Shown: in pieces, positions 29,641-39,563 of the stretch | Layout: every line of letters begins with the position of its first letter | Numbering within the stretch: position 1 is the stretch's first letter | Source: a virus | Virus record (IMG/VR): IMGVR_UViG_3300026263_000200 | DNA length: 64,000 nucleotides | Reading direction: 5' to 3' (one strand) | Notes under the pieces: model-generated | What the model was told of the DNA's origin: nothing | The model's input: only the letters and a program-made list of their open reading frames with translations | Database searches by the model: none | Translations under genes and position numbers: made by a program

Positions 29641-30443
29641 TGTTTGGTAAACACTTTTATAATCAAAGTTTAAGAAGACTAACTATTGCCTTCGGTCAAA
29701 TTTTTAATAACGTTATAGTACAGACGAAATCTAGCACAGGCGCTGTTACTAAAAGAATGCGTGTGCCTTTAGCATATGCACCTAAAGAAAAGTTTATACA
29801 AAGATTAGAACAACAAGCAAATTTAGATAAAGGTAGAACTTTTGCAATTACTTTACCTAGAATGGGATTTGAATTAACAGGTTTAAAGTATGACGCTAAT
29901 AGAAAATTAAATAAAATGCAGAAAACAGTTAGAGTTAGGTCTTCTGATTCTACTGTACATAATTTTAATTATTCACCAGTACCATATGATGTAAGTTTTA
30001 GTCTTTATTCTTTTACTGCTACAGCAGAAAATGGACTACAAATAGTTGAACAAATATTACCTTATTTTCAACCAGACCTTACAGTTACTATCAATGCAAT
30101 ACCAGAATTAAATATTAAACGTGATGTGCCTATTGTTTTAGATGAAGTAAATTATGAAGATACATATGATGGTGATTTTAATAAGCGAAGAGCAGTTATA
30201 TATACTTTAAACTTTACTGCTAAAACTTACTTATATGGACCTATGGCACAAAGTAAAGTTATTAGACAATCACAAGCAGATTTAGGAACATCTACGGATA
30301 CTCCTTTATCAAGAGAAGAAAGAATTATAGTAATACCAAATCCTGAAAGTGCAGACGCAGATGATGATTTTGGATTTACAACAAAGATTAGTTTCTATGA
30401 CGATACAAAGAAATATAATCCAGTAACAGGAGAAGATGAATAA
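29640..30443 (+). CDS. gp15: Tail sheath stabiliser/completion protein gp15
   Basis: FG..FN, VPLAYAPKEK, LPRMGFE, QIVEQILPYFQP. Confidence 0.92.
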   Translation: MFGKHFYNQSLRRLTIAFGQIFNNVIVQTKSSTGAVTKRMRVPLAYAPKEKFIQRLEQQANLDKGRTFAITLPRMGFELTGLKYDANRKLNKMQKTVRVRSSDSTVHNFNYSPVPYDVSFSLYSFTATAENGLQIVEQILPYFQPDLTVTINAIPELNIKRDVPIVLDEVNYEDTYDGDFNKRRAVIYTLNFTAKTYLYGPMAQSKVIRQSQADLGTSTDTPLSREERIIVIPNPESADADDDFGFTTKISFYDDTKKYNPVTGEDE

Positions 30444-30949
30444 TGAGTAAATTGGAAGAAAGTGTTAATGAAATATTAGGTTTGGAAGGTAAAGATAAAG
30501 TTACTGATACTCCTTTAGAACCACCTAAAGAATTTAAAGCTCCAGTACAAAGAAAAAATGGTGAAGTTGCAATAAAAATAGATAAAGATATTAATACAGA
30601 TTATGATTATAGTAGAGAAAATTATTATAATCTTATAGAAAAAGGTCAAGAGGCAATACAAGGTATTTTAGATATTGCAAAAGAAGGTCAACACCCTAGA
30701 GCATATGAAGTTGTTGGTCAACTAATAGGACAAGTTGCTACGTCTGTTGATAAATTACAAGACCTACAAAAGAAATTAAAAGATTTAAAAGAACTACCTG
30801 GTAAAACAAATGCTAATATTAAAAATGCTTTATTTGTAGGTTCAACAGCAGAATTACAAAAGATGTTGAATAAACAAAGTATGGAAACTAAAAAAGAAAA
30901 GAGAATTGAAAATGAAACTATTGACGGCAAATCAGAAAGTAAAGAATAA
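30443..30949 (+). CDS. gp16: Terminase small subunit gp16
   Basis: DYDYSR, HPRAYEV, NALFVGSTAELQK. Confidence 0.9.
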   Translation: MSKLEESVNEILGLEGKDKVTDTPLEPPKEFKAPVQRKNGEVAIKIDKDINTDYDYSRENYYNLIEKGQEAIQGILDIAKEGQHPRAYEVVGQLIGQVATSVDKLQDLQKKLKDLKELPGKTNANIKNALFVGSTAELQKMLNKQSMETKKEKRIENETIDGKSESKE

Positions 30950-31205
30950 AAGACCTATCGCAATAAAAGACTTAAAATATATTAAGTCAATGACACCACT
31001 AAAAGAATTATTAGATGGTGAATCATTAAATTATCCAATAGAAGTAAAAGAACACATTGTATCAGAAGTACCTAGATATGGTGCAATGGGCGTACCATAT
31101 ATAGAAAAAGAATTTAGTGTATGGAGAGGCAGTCAACGAGTGCAGGCAGCTATTAAATTAGGGTATACACATATAGAAGGAGTAATAATAAATGAAAGAA
31201 CATAA
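30906..31205 (+). CDS. Small ParB/Srx-like protein
   Basis: PIEV...VWRGSQRVQAAIKLGYTHI, a degenerate ParB motif; start uncertain. Confidence 0.45.
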   Translation: MKMKLLTANQKVKNKRPIAIKDLKYIKSMTPLKELLDGESLNYPIEVKEHIVSEVPRYGAMGVPYIEKEFSVWRGSQRVQAAIKLGYTHIEGVIINERT

Positions 31206-31764
31206 ATTACCTTTAGAAAGTTTTATCGGTGGTTGGTATATTGATCCAAAAATTTGTGATGGTTTAATAAATTTATTCAAAGAAAATCCACAAGAACAAA
31301 GACCAGGAGTTATAGGTGGACCTTATAGTGTTAATAAGAAACATAAAGATTCAATAGATATTGGAATTGATCCACATTGGAAAGAACCAAGATATTGGGC
31401 GTGGAAACAAGCATTAAAAGAGTGTTGTACTTTATACGAAGAGAAATATCCTGAACTTGCTCATTTTAAACCTTGGGGTTTAGTTGAAGGAGTTAATATA
31501 CAATATTATCCACCAGGAGGTGGTTATTTTGTTGAGCATTTTGAACGAGGAAGTATCCACGAAAATCGTAATTTAGTTTTTCTGACTTATTTAAATGATG
31601 TACCTAATGGTGGTACACATTTTAAATATCAAAAATTAACATCACCAGCTAAAAAAGGATTAACATTGATTTGGCCGACTGACTTTACACACGTACATAA
31701 TGGTCAAATATCAAAAGAACACGAAAAATATATCATAACTGGTTGGTTTGGTTTTTTAAAGTAG
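31192..31764 (+). CDS. 2OG-Fe(II) oxygenase (prolyl-hydroxylase-like)
   Basis: IQYYPPGGGY..HFE, TYLNDV..GGT.F, IWP..FTH.H.G, KYIITGW. Confidence 0.85.
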   Translation: MKEHKLPLESFIGGWYIDPKICDGLINLFKENPQEQRPGVIGGPYSVNKKHKDSIDIGIDPHWKEPRYWAWKQALKECCTLYEEKYPELAHFKPWGLVEGVNIQYYPPGGGYFVEHFERGSIHENRNLVFLTYLNDVPNGGTHFKYQKLTSPAKKGLTLIWPTDFTHVHNGQISKEHEKYIITGWFGFLK

Positions 31765-31782
31765 AATCAGATAAATAGTATT

Positions 31783-33420
31783 ATGAGTATAACAAATGAC
31801 GCATATTTAGGAAATCCTAATCTTAAAAAAGTAAATACACCAGTTGAATTTACTAAAGAGGAGATTGTAGAATTTCAAAAATGTAAAGAAAATCCAATCT
31901 ATTTTATGGAGAAATTTATGAAAATAGTTTCCCTAGATGAAGGTTTAGTGCATTTTAAAATGTATGATTTTCAAAAAAAGATTGTAACTACAATAGATAA
32001 AGAAAGATTTACTATTTGCAAACTACCTAGACAATCAGGTAAATCAACAACAACAATTGCATACTTATTACACTATGCAATATTTAATCCAAATTCAAAC
32101 ATAGCTATTCTTGCCAATAAATCTTCTACTGCTAGAGATATATTAGGAAGATTACAATTAGCATATGAAAACTTACCAAAATATATACAACAAGGTGTTA
32201 TCAATTGGAACAAAGGTAATATAGAGTTAGAAAATAAATCAACTATTATAGCGGCTGCTACATCTTCAAGTGCAATAAGAGGTGGTTCATTTAATATAAT
32301 ATTTCTTGATGAGTTTGCTTTCGTACCTGCTAATATTGCTGAACAATTTTTTAGTTCAGTTTATCCTACTATTACATCTGGTAAAACTACAAAGGTTATT
32401 ATTGTATCAACACCTCACGGTATGAATCAGTTTTATAAATTATGGACAGACGCTGAAAATAAAAGAAATGATTATGTACCAATTGAAGTACATTGGTCAG
32501 AAGTTCCAGGTAGAGATGAAAAATGGAAAGAAACAACTATACGTAATACATCACAGGAACAATTCCAACAAGAGTTTGAGTGTGAATTTTTAGGTTCAGT
32601 AGATACGTTAATCTCACCAGTAAAAATTAAAGCAACACCTTATATGACACCATTAACTTCAAGTGGTGGTTTAGATGTATTTGAAAAAGTTGTAAATGGT
32701 AGAAATTATGTGGCTACTGTTGATGTAGCAAGAGGTGTAGATAGAGATTATTCAGCATTTTTAATATTTGATGTAACTCAAATGCCTTATAGAGTTGTTG
32801 CCAAATATAGAAGTAATGAAGTTAAACCAATTTTGTTTCCACACTTAATACAAAAAGCGTGTAAGGGTTATAATAAGGCAGATATTCTTTGTGAAACAAA
32901 TGATATAGGTCAACAAATAGGTGAATCATTAAACTATGAATTAGAATATCCTAATCTATTAATGACTACTCAAAGAGGAAGAGCAGGTCAGATATTAGGT
33001 GCTGGTTATAGTGGAAGAGGTTCTGGTTTCGGTGTTCGTATGACAAAACAGATTAAAAAAATTGGTTGTTCTAATATTAAGACATTAATTGAAGGCGATA
33101 AAATGGTTATAAATGATTTTAATATCATAGAAGAAATGTCAACTTATGCTCGTAAAGCAAATTCTTGGCAGGCAGAAGAAGGTTGTAATGATGATTTAAT
33201 GACTTGCCTTGTATTATTTGGATGGTTATCCAATCAACCTTATTTCAAAGAAATGACTAATACTAACGCCAGACAACAATTATATGAAGAACAAGAAAAA
33301 TTAATAGAGCAAGATATGGCACCTTTTGGTTTTGTAGATGATGGAACACCTGAATGGGAAAAACCAGAAGTAGATGAATATGGTACAGTCTGGCACCCAG
33401 TTGTTAGAAAAGGGTTATAA
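31783..33420 (+). CDS. gp17: Terminase large subunit gp17
   Basis: YLGNPNLK, PRQSGKST (Walker A), IFLDEFAF (Walker B), STPHG, DDL. Confidence 0.97.
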   Translation: MSITNDAYLGNPNLKKVNTPVEFTKEEIVEFQKCKENPIYFMEKFMKIVSLDEGLVHFKMYDFQKKIVTTIDKERFTICKLPRQSGKSTTTIAYLLHYAIFNPNSNIAILANKSSTARDILGRLQLAYENLPKYIQQGVINWNKGNIELENKSTIIAAATSSSAIRGGSFNIIFLDEFAFVPANIAEQFFSSVYPTITSGKTTKVIIVSTPHGMNQFYKLWTDAENKRNDYVPIEVHWSEVPGRDEKWKETTIRNTSQEQFQQEFECEFLGSVDTLISPVKIKATPYMTPLTSSGGLDVFEKVVNGRNYVATVDVARGVDRDYSAFLIFDVTQMPYRVVAKYRSNEVKPILFPHLIQKACKGYNKADILCETNDIGQQIGESLNYELEYPNLLMTTQRGRAGQILGAGYSGRGSGFGVRMTKQIKKIGCSNIKTLIEGDKMVINDFNIIEEMSTYARKANSWQAEEGCNDDLMTCLVLFGWLSNQPYFKEMTNTNARQQLYEEQEKLIEQDMAPFGFVDDGTPEWEKPEVDEYGTVWHPVVRKGL

Positions 33421-33431
33421 ATTACGCTTAT

Positions 33432-33439
33432 TATAAATA
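33432..33439 (+). promoter_or_regulatory. T4-type late promoter TATAAATA
   Basis: Exact consensus upstream of gp18. Confidence 0.8.
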
Positions 33440-33533
33440 TCCATAGTAATGAAATTTGACTATGGTCGTATGAAAACATACGGAATATGTGAATATAAAG
33501 AAGTTAATTAGCTAATTATAAGGAGAAAACCTA

Positions 33534-35453
33534 ATGGCATTTCAAGTATCACCAGGTGTTCTCGTACAGGAAAAAGACTTAACAAGAATTATTCCTGCCG
33601 TTTCATCTTCTTCTGGAGCTTTTGCTGGAACTTTCAGTAAAGGACCTCTTGATGAAGTTATAAGTATCGGTAGCGAATCTGATTTGGTATCAACGTTTGG
33701 GAAACCAGATAACTCTAATTTTGAGAGTTATTTTAGTGCCTCAAACTTCTTGCAATACTCAAATAACTTGAAAGTAGTTCGTGTACAGAATTCATCTGTT
33801 TCAAACGCAACTGAAAGTGGTAGTTCGTTTGTAATAAAAAATACTACTGATTACCAAAACAACTATGCTGACGGTTCTGCTTCTGTAGGAATGTGGGCTA
33901 GTAGAACAGCTGGAGATTGGGGAAATAATTTAAGTATTTCTCAATGTCCTTCTGCTACTGCTTACGAAGAAATTAACAAAACAACTGTTGCTGACGCTTC
34001 AACAAGTGTCGGAGATACAGTAGTTTCAGTTACTTCTGCTACAGGAATAAGTGCTGGAGATATAGTTAACTTTGGTGATGAATATGAATATAGAGTTATT
34101 AGTATATCAACTAATGACTTGAACATTGTACGAAAAGAAGAACCTTCTTATTATGGTACTTCTGACTCATCTGGATTACAAGCGACAATTACAAATGGCG
34201 CTCAAGTAAGACGTAGATGGAGATATTATGATTTATTTAACAAGGCACCAGGAACATCTACTTACGCTCAAACAAGAGGTGGTAGTAATGACGAAATGCA
34301 TATTGCAATCGTTGATGAAGACGGTGGAATTAATGGCGTTAAAGGCGATATACTAGAAAAATTTGAAGCAGTTTCAAAAGCTTCAGATGGTAAATCACCT
34401 CAAGGCGACAGTAATTACTATTCAGACGTAATTTACAAATCAAGTAATTATGTTTATTGGATGGATCACAATTCTTCTGGTTCAAATTGGGGCACGGCGG
34501 CAGCTGGAACAACTTATACAGACGTAACTGCTATAAGTGATGTATCATTAATAAATGGTGCAAACGGTTCAGCAGCAACTACTGCTCAAACTAAAACTGC
34601 TTATGAAAAATACCAAGACGCTGAAACAACAGACGTTGGTCTTTTAATTGCAGGTTCAGGTGACGCAACACATATAGATAACTTAATTACAATCGCTGAG
34701 AAAAGAAAAGACGTAGTAGTTTTTGCTTCTCCAGAGAGAAGTGATGTAGTTAATGTATCAAATTCAAATACGCAAAAAGATAATGTTATAAATTTCTTTA
34801 ATGGAATTTCTTCATCTTCTTATGTGTTCTTTGATAGTGGATACAAATATATGTACGATAGATATAATGATGTCTATAGATATGTTCCTTTAAACGGAGA
34901 TATGGCTGGACTAGCGGCAAGAACCGATATGGTTGCTGACGCTTGGTATTCACCTGCCGGTTTAAATAGAGGTATCGTTAGAGGTGCAGTTAAACTAGCA
35001 TTTAATCCAACACAAACACAAAGAGATGAATTATACAGAGCAAGAGTAAATCCTGTGACTACGTTCCCAGGACAAGGAACTGTATTATTCGGTGATAAAA
35101 CTGGATTATCAAATCCTAGTGCATTTGATAGAGTTAATGTCAGAAGATTGTTCATAATTTTAGAAAAGGCAATTTCAACTGCTTCTAAAGTCCAACTATT
35201 TGAATTCAATGATGAATTCACTAGAGCTGGTTTTAGAAATATGGTAGAACCTTTTTTAAGAGAAGTACAAGGACGAAGAGGGATTACAGACTACCTAGTA
35301 GTTTGTGATGAAACTAACAACACAGGCGAAGTAATAGATAGAAATGAATTTGTAGCAGAAATTTTTGTAAAACCTGCTAGAAGTATCAACTTTATCTCAT
35401 TGCAATTCGTTGCAACAAGAACAGGCGTTTCTTTTGAAGAAGTCGCAGGATAA
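33534..35453 (+). CDS. gp18: Tail sheath protein gp18
   Basis: SPGV...E.D, WYSPAG.NRG, FDRVNVRRLF, FEFNDEFTR, KPARSINFI. Confidence 0.97.
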   Translation: MAFQVSPGVLVQEKDLTRIIPAVSSSSGAFAGTFSKGPLDEVISIGSESDLVSTFGKPDNSNFESYFSASNFLQYSNNLKVVRVQNSSVSNATESGSSFVIKNTTDYQNNYADGSASVGMWASRTAGDWGNNLSISQCPSATAYEEINKTTVADASTSVGDTVVSVTSATGISAGDIVNFGDEYEYRVISISTNDLNIVRKEEPSYYGTSDSSGLQATITNGAQVRRRWRYYDLFNKAPGTSTYAQTRGGSNDEMHIAIVDEDGGINGVKGDILEKFEAVSKASDGKSPQGDSNYYSDVIYKSSNYVYWMDHNSSGSNWGTAAAGTTYTDVTAISDVSLINGANGSAATTAQTKTAYEKYQDAETTDVGLLIAGSGDATHIDNLITIAEKRKDVVVFASPERSDVVNVSNSNTQKDNVINFFNGISSSSYVFFDSGYKYMYDRYNDVYRYVPLNGDMAGLAARTDMVADAWYSPAGLNRGIVRGAVKLAFNPTQTQRDELYRARVNPVTTFPGQGTVLFGDKTGLSNPSAFDRVNVRRLFIILEKAISTASKVQLFEFNDEFTRAGFRNMVEPFLREVQGRRGITDYLVVCDETNNTGEVIDRNEFVAEIFVKPARSINFISLQFVATRTGVSFEEVAG

Positions 35454-35473
35454 TTTAGGGGAGAAATAAAACA

Positions 35474-36001
35474 ATGGCAAACATAAATGATTTCAAAGCT
35501 AAACTTTCAGGTGGCGGAGCAAGAAGTAACCAATACAAAGTGGTTATGCCTTTTCCTGGCTACGCTCAAGTTGGCGGAGAAATAGAAGACCTAGCATTTT
35601 TATGTCAAGGCGCTGAACTACCTGGTATGGCAATCACAACGATTGAAGTACCTTTTAGAGGCAGAGCAATAAAAATCGCTGGAGATAGAACAATAGCGGA
35701 TTGGACTATCAAAGTAATAAATGATACCAATTTCAAATTGCGTAATGCATTTGAAAGATGGATGAACGGTATAAACAATATGACTGATAACGAGGGATTA
35801 ACTAATCCAGTTGATTACCAAGTTGACGCATTTGTAGACCAATTAGATAGAAACGGAAATACTATTAAGTCATACACTTTAAGAGGTGTATTTCCTTCAA
35901 GTATTAACGCAATTTCTTTGGATTACACTGCTAAAAACGACTTATCAGAAACAAGTGTAACTTTAGCGTTCCAATACTTTGAAAGTAACACAACTACTTA
36001 A
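35474..36001 (+). CDS. gp19: Tail tube protein gp19
   Basis: GGAR.N, LPG, FRGR..KIAGDRT..DW, FE.W. Confidence 0.95.
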   Translation: MANINDFKAKLSGGGARSNQYKVVMPFPGYAQVGGEIEDLAFLCQGAELPGMAITTIEVPFRGRAIKIAGDRTIADWTIKVINDTNFKLRNAFERWMNGINNMTDNEGLTNPVDYQVDAFVDQLDRNGNTIKSYTLRGVFPSSINAISLDYTAKNDLSETSVTLAFQYFESNTTT

Positions 36002-36008
36002 AAACTAC

Positions 36009-36016
36009 TATAAATA
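36009..36016 (+). promoter_or_regulatory. T4-type late promoter TATAAATA
   Basis: Exact consensus upstream of gp20. Confidence 0.8.
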
Positions 36017-36042
36017 GTAGTGATATTTTAAGGAGATAAATT

Positions 36043-37572
36043 ATGGCTGAATTATTTGGATTTTCTATAACTCGGGTTAAAAAACCTACAGATCCAAAAC
36101 AAGCATTTACACAACCACAAGCGGATGATGGAACACAAACCATCGCCGCTGGTGGGTACTATGGTCAATACTTGGATATGGAAGGTCAGACAAAGACTGA
36201 ACAAGACCTTATCAGACGTTATAGAGAAATCGCTTTACACCCAGAATGTGATATGGCGATTGAAGATATTATAAACGAATCTATTGTTGCAAACGAAATG
36301 AAGGATGCAATTAGATTAAACCTAGATAACTTACCATTCGGTAAGGACGTTAGACGAAAAATAGAAGACGAGTTTAGAGAAGTTTTAAGATTAATGAACT
36401 TCCATACTAGAGGTCACGATATCTTTAGAAGATGGTACGTGGACGGTAGATTATATTATCATAAAGTAATTGATAGAGAATCTACAAGAAAAGGTATTAC
36501 AGAATTAAGATACATAGACCCTAGAAAAATTAAAAAGATTAGAGAAGTAAGAAAGAAAAGACCAGACGGACCTACTCCATATGGTTTAAATGTTATTGAT
36601 GATGTTAAAGAATACTTTTTATTTAATGAAAAGGGTGTAACTAATACAACATCAGGTGGAATTAAAATTGCTGTTGACGCAATAGCATTTTGTCCAAGTG
36701 GACTAATAGACCAAAACAAAAATATGGTCTTATCATATTTACATAAAGCAATTAAACCTGTTAATCAATTACGTATGATTGAGGACGCAAGTGTTATTTA
36801 CAGAATAGCAAGAGCACCTGAAAGACGTATATTTAAAATTGATGTTGGTAATTTACCTAAAGTAAAAGCAGAACAATACTTACGTGATGTTATGGCAAGA
36901 TATAGAAATAAACTTGTCTATGACGCAAGTACAGGTGAGATACGTGATGACAGAAACTATATGTCAATGCTTGAAGACTTTTGGTTACCAAGTAGAGAAG
37001 GTGGAAGAGGTACAGATATTACCACTTTACCAGGCGGTGCAAATTTAGGAGAGATGGCAGATTTAGAATACTTTAGAGCAAAACTTTATCGTTCTTTAAA
37101 TGTTCCAGCTAGTAGATTAGAAGCGTCAAGTGGATTTAATTTAGGTCGTTCAACAGAAATAACAAGAGATGAACTTAAATTTACAAAATTTGTACAAAGA
37201 TTAAGAAAGAAATTTACTGAAATATTTAACGATATATTAAGAACTCAATTAGTTTTAAAAGCCGTTATTACGGATGAAGATTGGTTAGTCATAAGGGATG
37301 TTCTCCAGTATGACTTTTTGCAAGATGGACACTTTGCTGAACTAAAAGATTCTGAAATGTTATTAGAAAGAATAAGACTTGCTAATGAAGTTAGAGATTA
37401 TGTTGGAAAGTATTTTTCAGTAGAGTACGTAAGAAAAAAAATCTTACGTCAAAACAATAGGGAGATTGAAGATATTAATAATCAAATTAAAAAAGAAGTT
37501 AAAGATGGTGTTATTGCTGACCCTATGCAACAATATCAATCTAGTAAAGATACTATAGAAGGAGATATGTAA
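36043..37572 (+). CDS. gp20: Portal protein gp20
   Basis: FRRWYVDGR, YRIARAPERRIF.IDVGNLP, EDFWLP.REGGRGT.I.TLPGG. Confidence 0.97.
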   Translation: MAELFGFSITRVKKPTDPKQAFTQPQADDGTQTIAAGGYYGQYLDMEGQTKTEQDLIRRYREIALHPECDMAIEDIINESIVANEMKDAIRLNLDNLPFGKDVRRKIEDEFREVLRLMNFHTRGHDIFRRWYVDGRLYYHKVIDRESTRKGITELRYIDPRKIKKIREVRKKRPDGPTPYGLNVIDDVKEYFLFNEKGVTNTTSGGIKIAVDAIAFCPSGLIDQNKNMVLSYLHKAIKPVNQLRMIEDASVIYRIARAPERRIFKIDVGNLPKVKAEQYLRDVMARYRNKLVYDASTGEIRDDRNYMSMLEDFWLPSREGGRGTDITTLPGGANLGEMADLEYFRAKLYRSLNVPASRLEASSGFNLGRSTEITRDELKFTKFVQRLRKKFTEIFNDILRTQLVLKAVITDEDWLVIRDVLQYDFLQDGHFAELKDSEMLLERIRLANEVRDYVGKYFSVEYVRKKILRQNNREIEDINNQIKKEVKDGVIADPMQQYQSSKDTIEGDM

Positions 37573-37928
37573 TGGCAGACGCAAGTATTCCAAGTAAGAC
37601 AGCGGAATTTATTGACAAATTGCAACAAGGTAAAAATGCAGACGCAGGAGAAGCGTTTAAGGATGCTTTAAGAGATAAAGTAGCAAGTGCTCTTGATAAA
37701 CAAAGAGTAGATGTAGCAGCTAAAGTTTTTAAAGGTGTAGAACCTGAAAAATTTAGTGCTGATAAACCAGCGGTAACTGAACCTAGTGCAAGAACAGATA
37801 AAATTATGGACACAAGTGGAAACGAAATTGCTTTTGAACCGACTAAAGAGCCGGCTCCAACAGCACCAGAACCTGAAGCGCCAACTATGGCACCAGGTCA
37901 CGAAACACCACCAGACGCAGGTGTATAG
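37572..37928 (+). CDS. Prohead core protein, gp67-like
   Basis: Follows gp20; helical N-terminus and acidic, Pro-rich tail. Confidence 0.55.
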   Translation: MADASIPSKTAEFIDKLQQGKNADAGEAFKDALRDKVASALDKQRVDVAAKVFKGVEPEKFSADKPAVTEPSARTDKIMDTSGNEIAFEPTKEPAPTAPEPEAPTMAPGHETPPDAGV

Positions 37929-37930
37929 AA

Positions 37931-38185
37931 ATGGATAACGAATATTTTTTTACAAGTAAAATATTTGAAGATACAAAGTATCTTGACTCTAAAACATATG
38001 GAGATTTATCTCCTAAAATGAAATTAGCAGTACAAGATACTTTTAAACTTATTGAAAGAACGTCTGGAGATATTGTAAGTAAATTTGAAAATTCAGTAGA
38101 TAAAGTTGCTGAAGCAAGAAAAATAAATAAAGAAGAATTATATCAATACTTTGATGACGAAGTAAACGAACAATTAGGAGCATAA
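37931..38185 (+). CDS. Hypothetical head-region protein
   Basis: Compact coupled ORF between gp20 and gp21. Confidence 0.55.
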   Translation: MDNEYFFTSKIFEDTKYLDSKTYGDLSPKMKLAVQDTFKLIERTSGDIVSKFENSVDKVAEARKINKEELYQYFDDEVNEQLGA

Positions 38186-38422
38186 ATGGCGTGGGTAGAT
38201 GTACCAGGATCAAATAGTGTTTGGCAATATGAAAATACTGCCACAGGTTCTAATACCTATTCAAGTGCTCCTGGAACATATTCAGGTGGTATAAGAACTT
38301 ATACTCAACCTGGAACTAGCGTAGCAACAAAAGTTTATGCTAGATGTAGAAAAAAAGGAACAACAGTAGAACGTGGCGAATTATCAAAAGATTTTTTTGA
38401 CGCTACACACGTAGGATTCTAA
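38186..38422 (+). CDS. Hypothetical head-region protein
   Basis: AGGAG RBS; coupled to neighbours. Confidence 0.55.
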   Translation: MAWVDVPGSNSVWQYENTATGSNTYSSAPGTYSGGIRTYTQPGTSVATKVYARCRKKGTTVERGELSKDFFDATHVGF

Positions 38423-38423
38423 T

Positions 38424-38816
38424 ATGGCAGATACAGTAGCAACACAAACAATAGCAGATACATCTGGAGTTAAATATGTTATAAAAATGACTAACTTTTC
38501 AGACGGTTCTGGAGAAACTAACGTACAAAAAATAGACGCTTCAGCGACTACTTTTATGAGTGAAGATGGTGAAAGACGTATAGCAAGAGTATATTATTCA
38601 GTTAATGTATCAGACGCAAAATCTGGTGTGGAATTAATATGGGACGGTGCTACAAATGCTACTGCTTTATTCCTTTCAGGACAAGGAACAATAGATTTAA
38701 GAACTGATGGAAACTCATTTAAAAATGACGCAACTACACCAACAGGTGATGTATTGTTAAGTACAAAGAACTTTGCTAAAGGCGATAACTACTCATTAAT
38801 CGTTGAATTTAGATAA
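38424..38816 (+). CDS. Hypothetical virion protein
   Basis: MADTV..Q...D, DGSGE, TGDVLLST...GD.Y pattern; late region. Confidence 0.6.
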   Translation: MADTVATQTIADTSGVKYVIKMTNFSDGSGETNVQKIDASATTFMSEDGERRIARVYYSVNVSDAKSGVELIWDGATNATALFLSGQGTIDLRTDGNSFKNDATTPTGDVLLSTKNFAKGDNYSLIVEFR

Positions 38817-38823
38817 GAAATCT

Positions 38824-38831
38824 TATAAATA
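38824..38831 (+). promoter_or_regulatory. T4-type late promoter TATAAATA
   Basis: Exact consensus upstream of gp21; another copy at 39498-39505 upstream of gp22. Confidence 0.8.
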
Positions 38832-38846
38832 GTAAGAGAGAGAACT

Positions 38847-39494
38847 ATGAAACTAATTACCGAAGAAGCATTTGACTCAAAATTTCTTATAGAAGAAATT
38901 GACGGCAAAAAACAATTTAAAATTAAAGGTGTCTTTTTACAAGCAGATATCAAAAATAGGAACGGCAGAGTCTATCCTAAAGAGATATTGCAGAAAGAAG
39001 TATCAAGATACAATAGAGAATTTATCAATAAAAGACGTGCATTTGGCGAGTTAGGACATCCTGATGGACCAGTTGTAAATCTTGAAAGAGTAAGTCATAT
39101 GATAACGGACTTACATCCAGATGGATCAAATTTTGTTGGTGAAGCAAAAGTGATGGACACACCCTATGGTAAGATTGTTAAAAATCTTATCAACGAAGGT
39201 GCTCAATTAGGAGTATCTTCAAGAGGTATGGGATCACTAGTGCGTGGAAGAGGTGGCATTAATGAAGTAGGAAGAGATTTTTACTTAGCAACTGCCGCTG
39301 ACATTGTAGCAGACCCAAGCGCTCCAGACGCTTTCGTAGAAGGCATTATGGAGAATAAAGAGTGGGTATGGGACAATGGAGTTATCAAAGAGAGAGATAT
39401 TGAAGAGTGGAAACAGTATATAAATGAAGCAAAAAGACTACGTTTAGCGGAAGTGAAGGCGGATGTGTTTAAAAAATTCATTGAAAAACTATAA
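38847..39494 (+). CDS. gp21: Prohead protease gp21
   Basis: NRNGRVYP, GELGHP, GVSSRG.GS, DIVADPSAPDAFV. Confidence 0.96.
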   Translation: MKLITEEAFDSKFLIEEIDGKKQFKIKGVFLQADIKNRNGRVYPKEILQKEVSRYNREFINKRRAFGELGHPDGPVVNLERVSHMITDLHPDGSNFVGEAKVMDTPYGKIVKNLINEGAQLGVSSRGMGSLVRGRGGINEVGRDFYLATAADIVADPSAPDAFVEGIMENKEWVWDNGVIKERDIEEWKQYINEAKRLRLAEVKADVFKKFIEKL

Positions 39495-39563
39495 TCTTAT
39501 AAATATCTATTAACAAAGAGAGAACTAATTTAAACGTTTAAATTAATTAAGGAGAGTTTTCAA

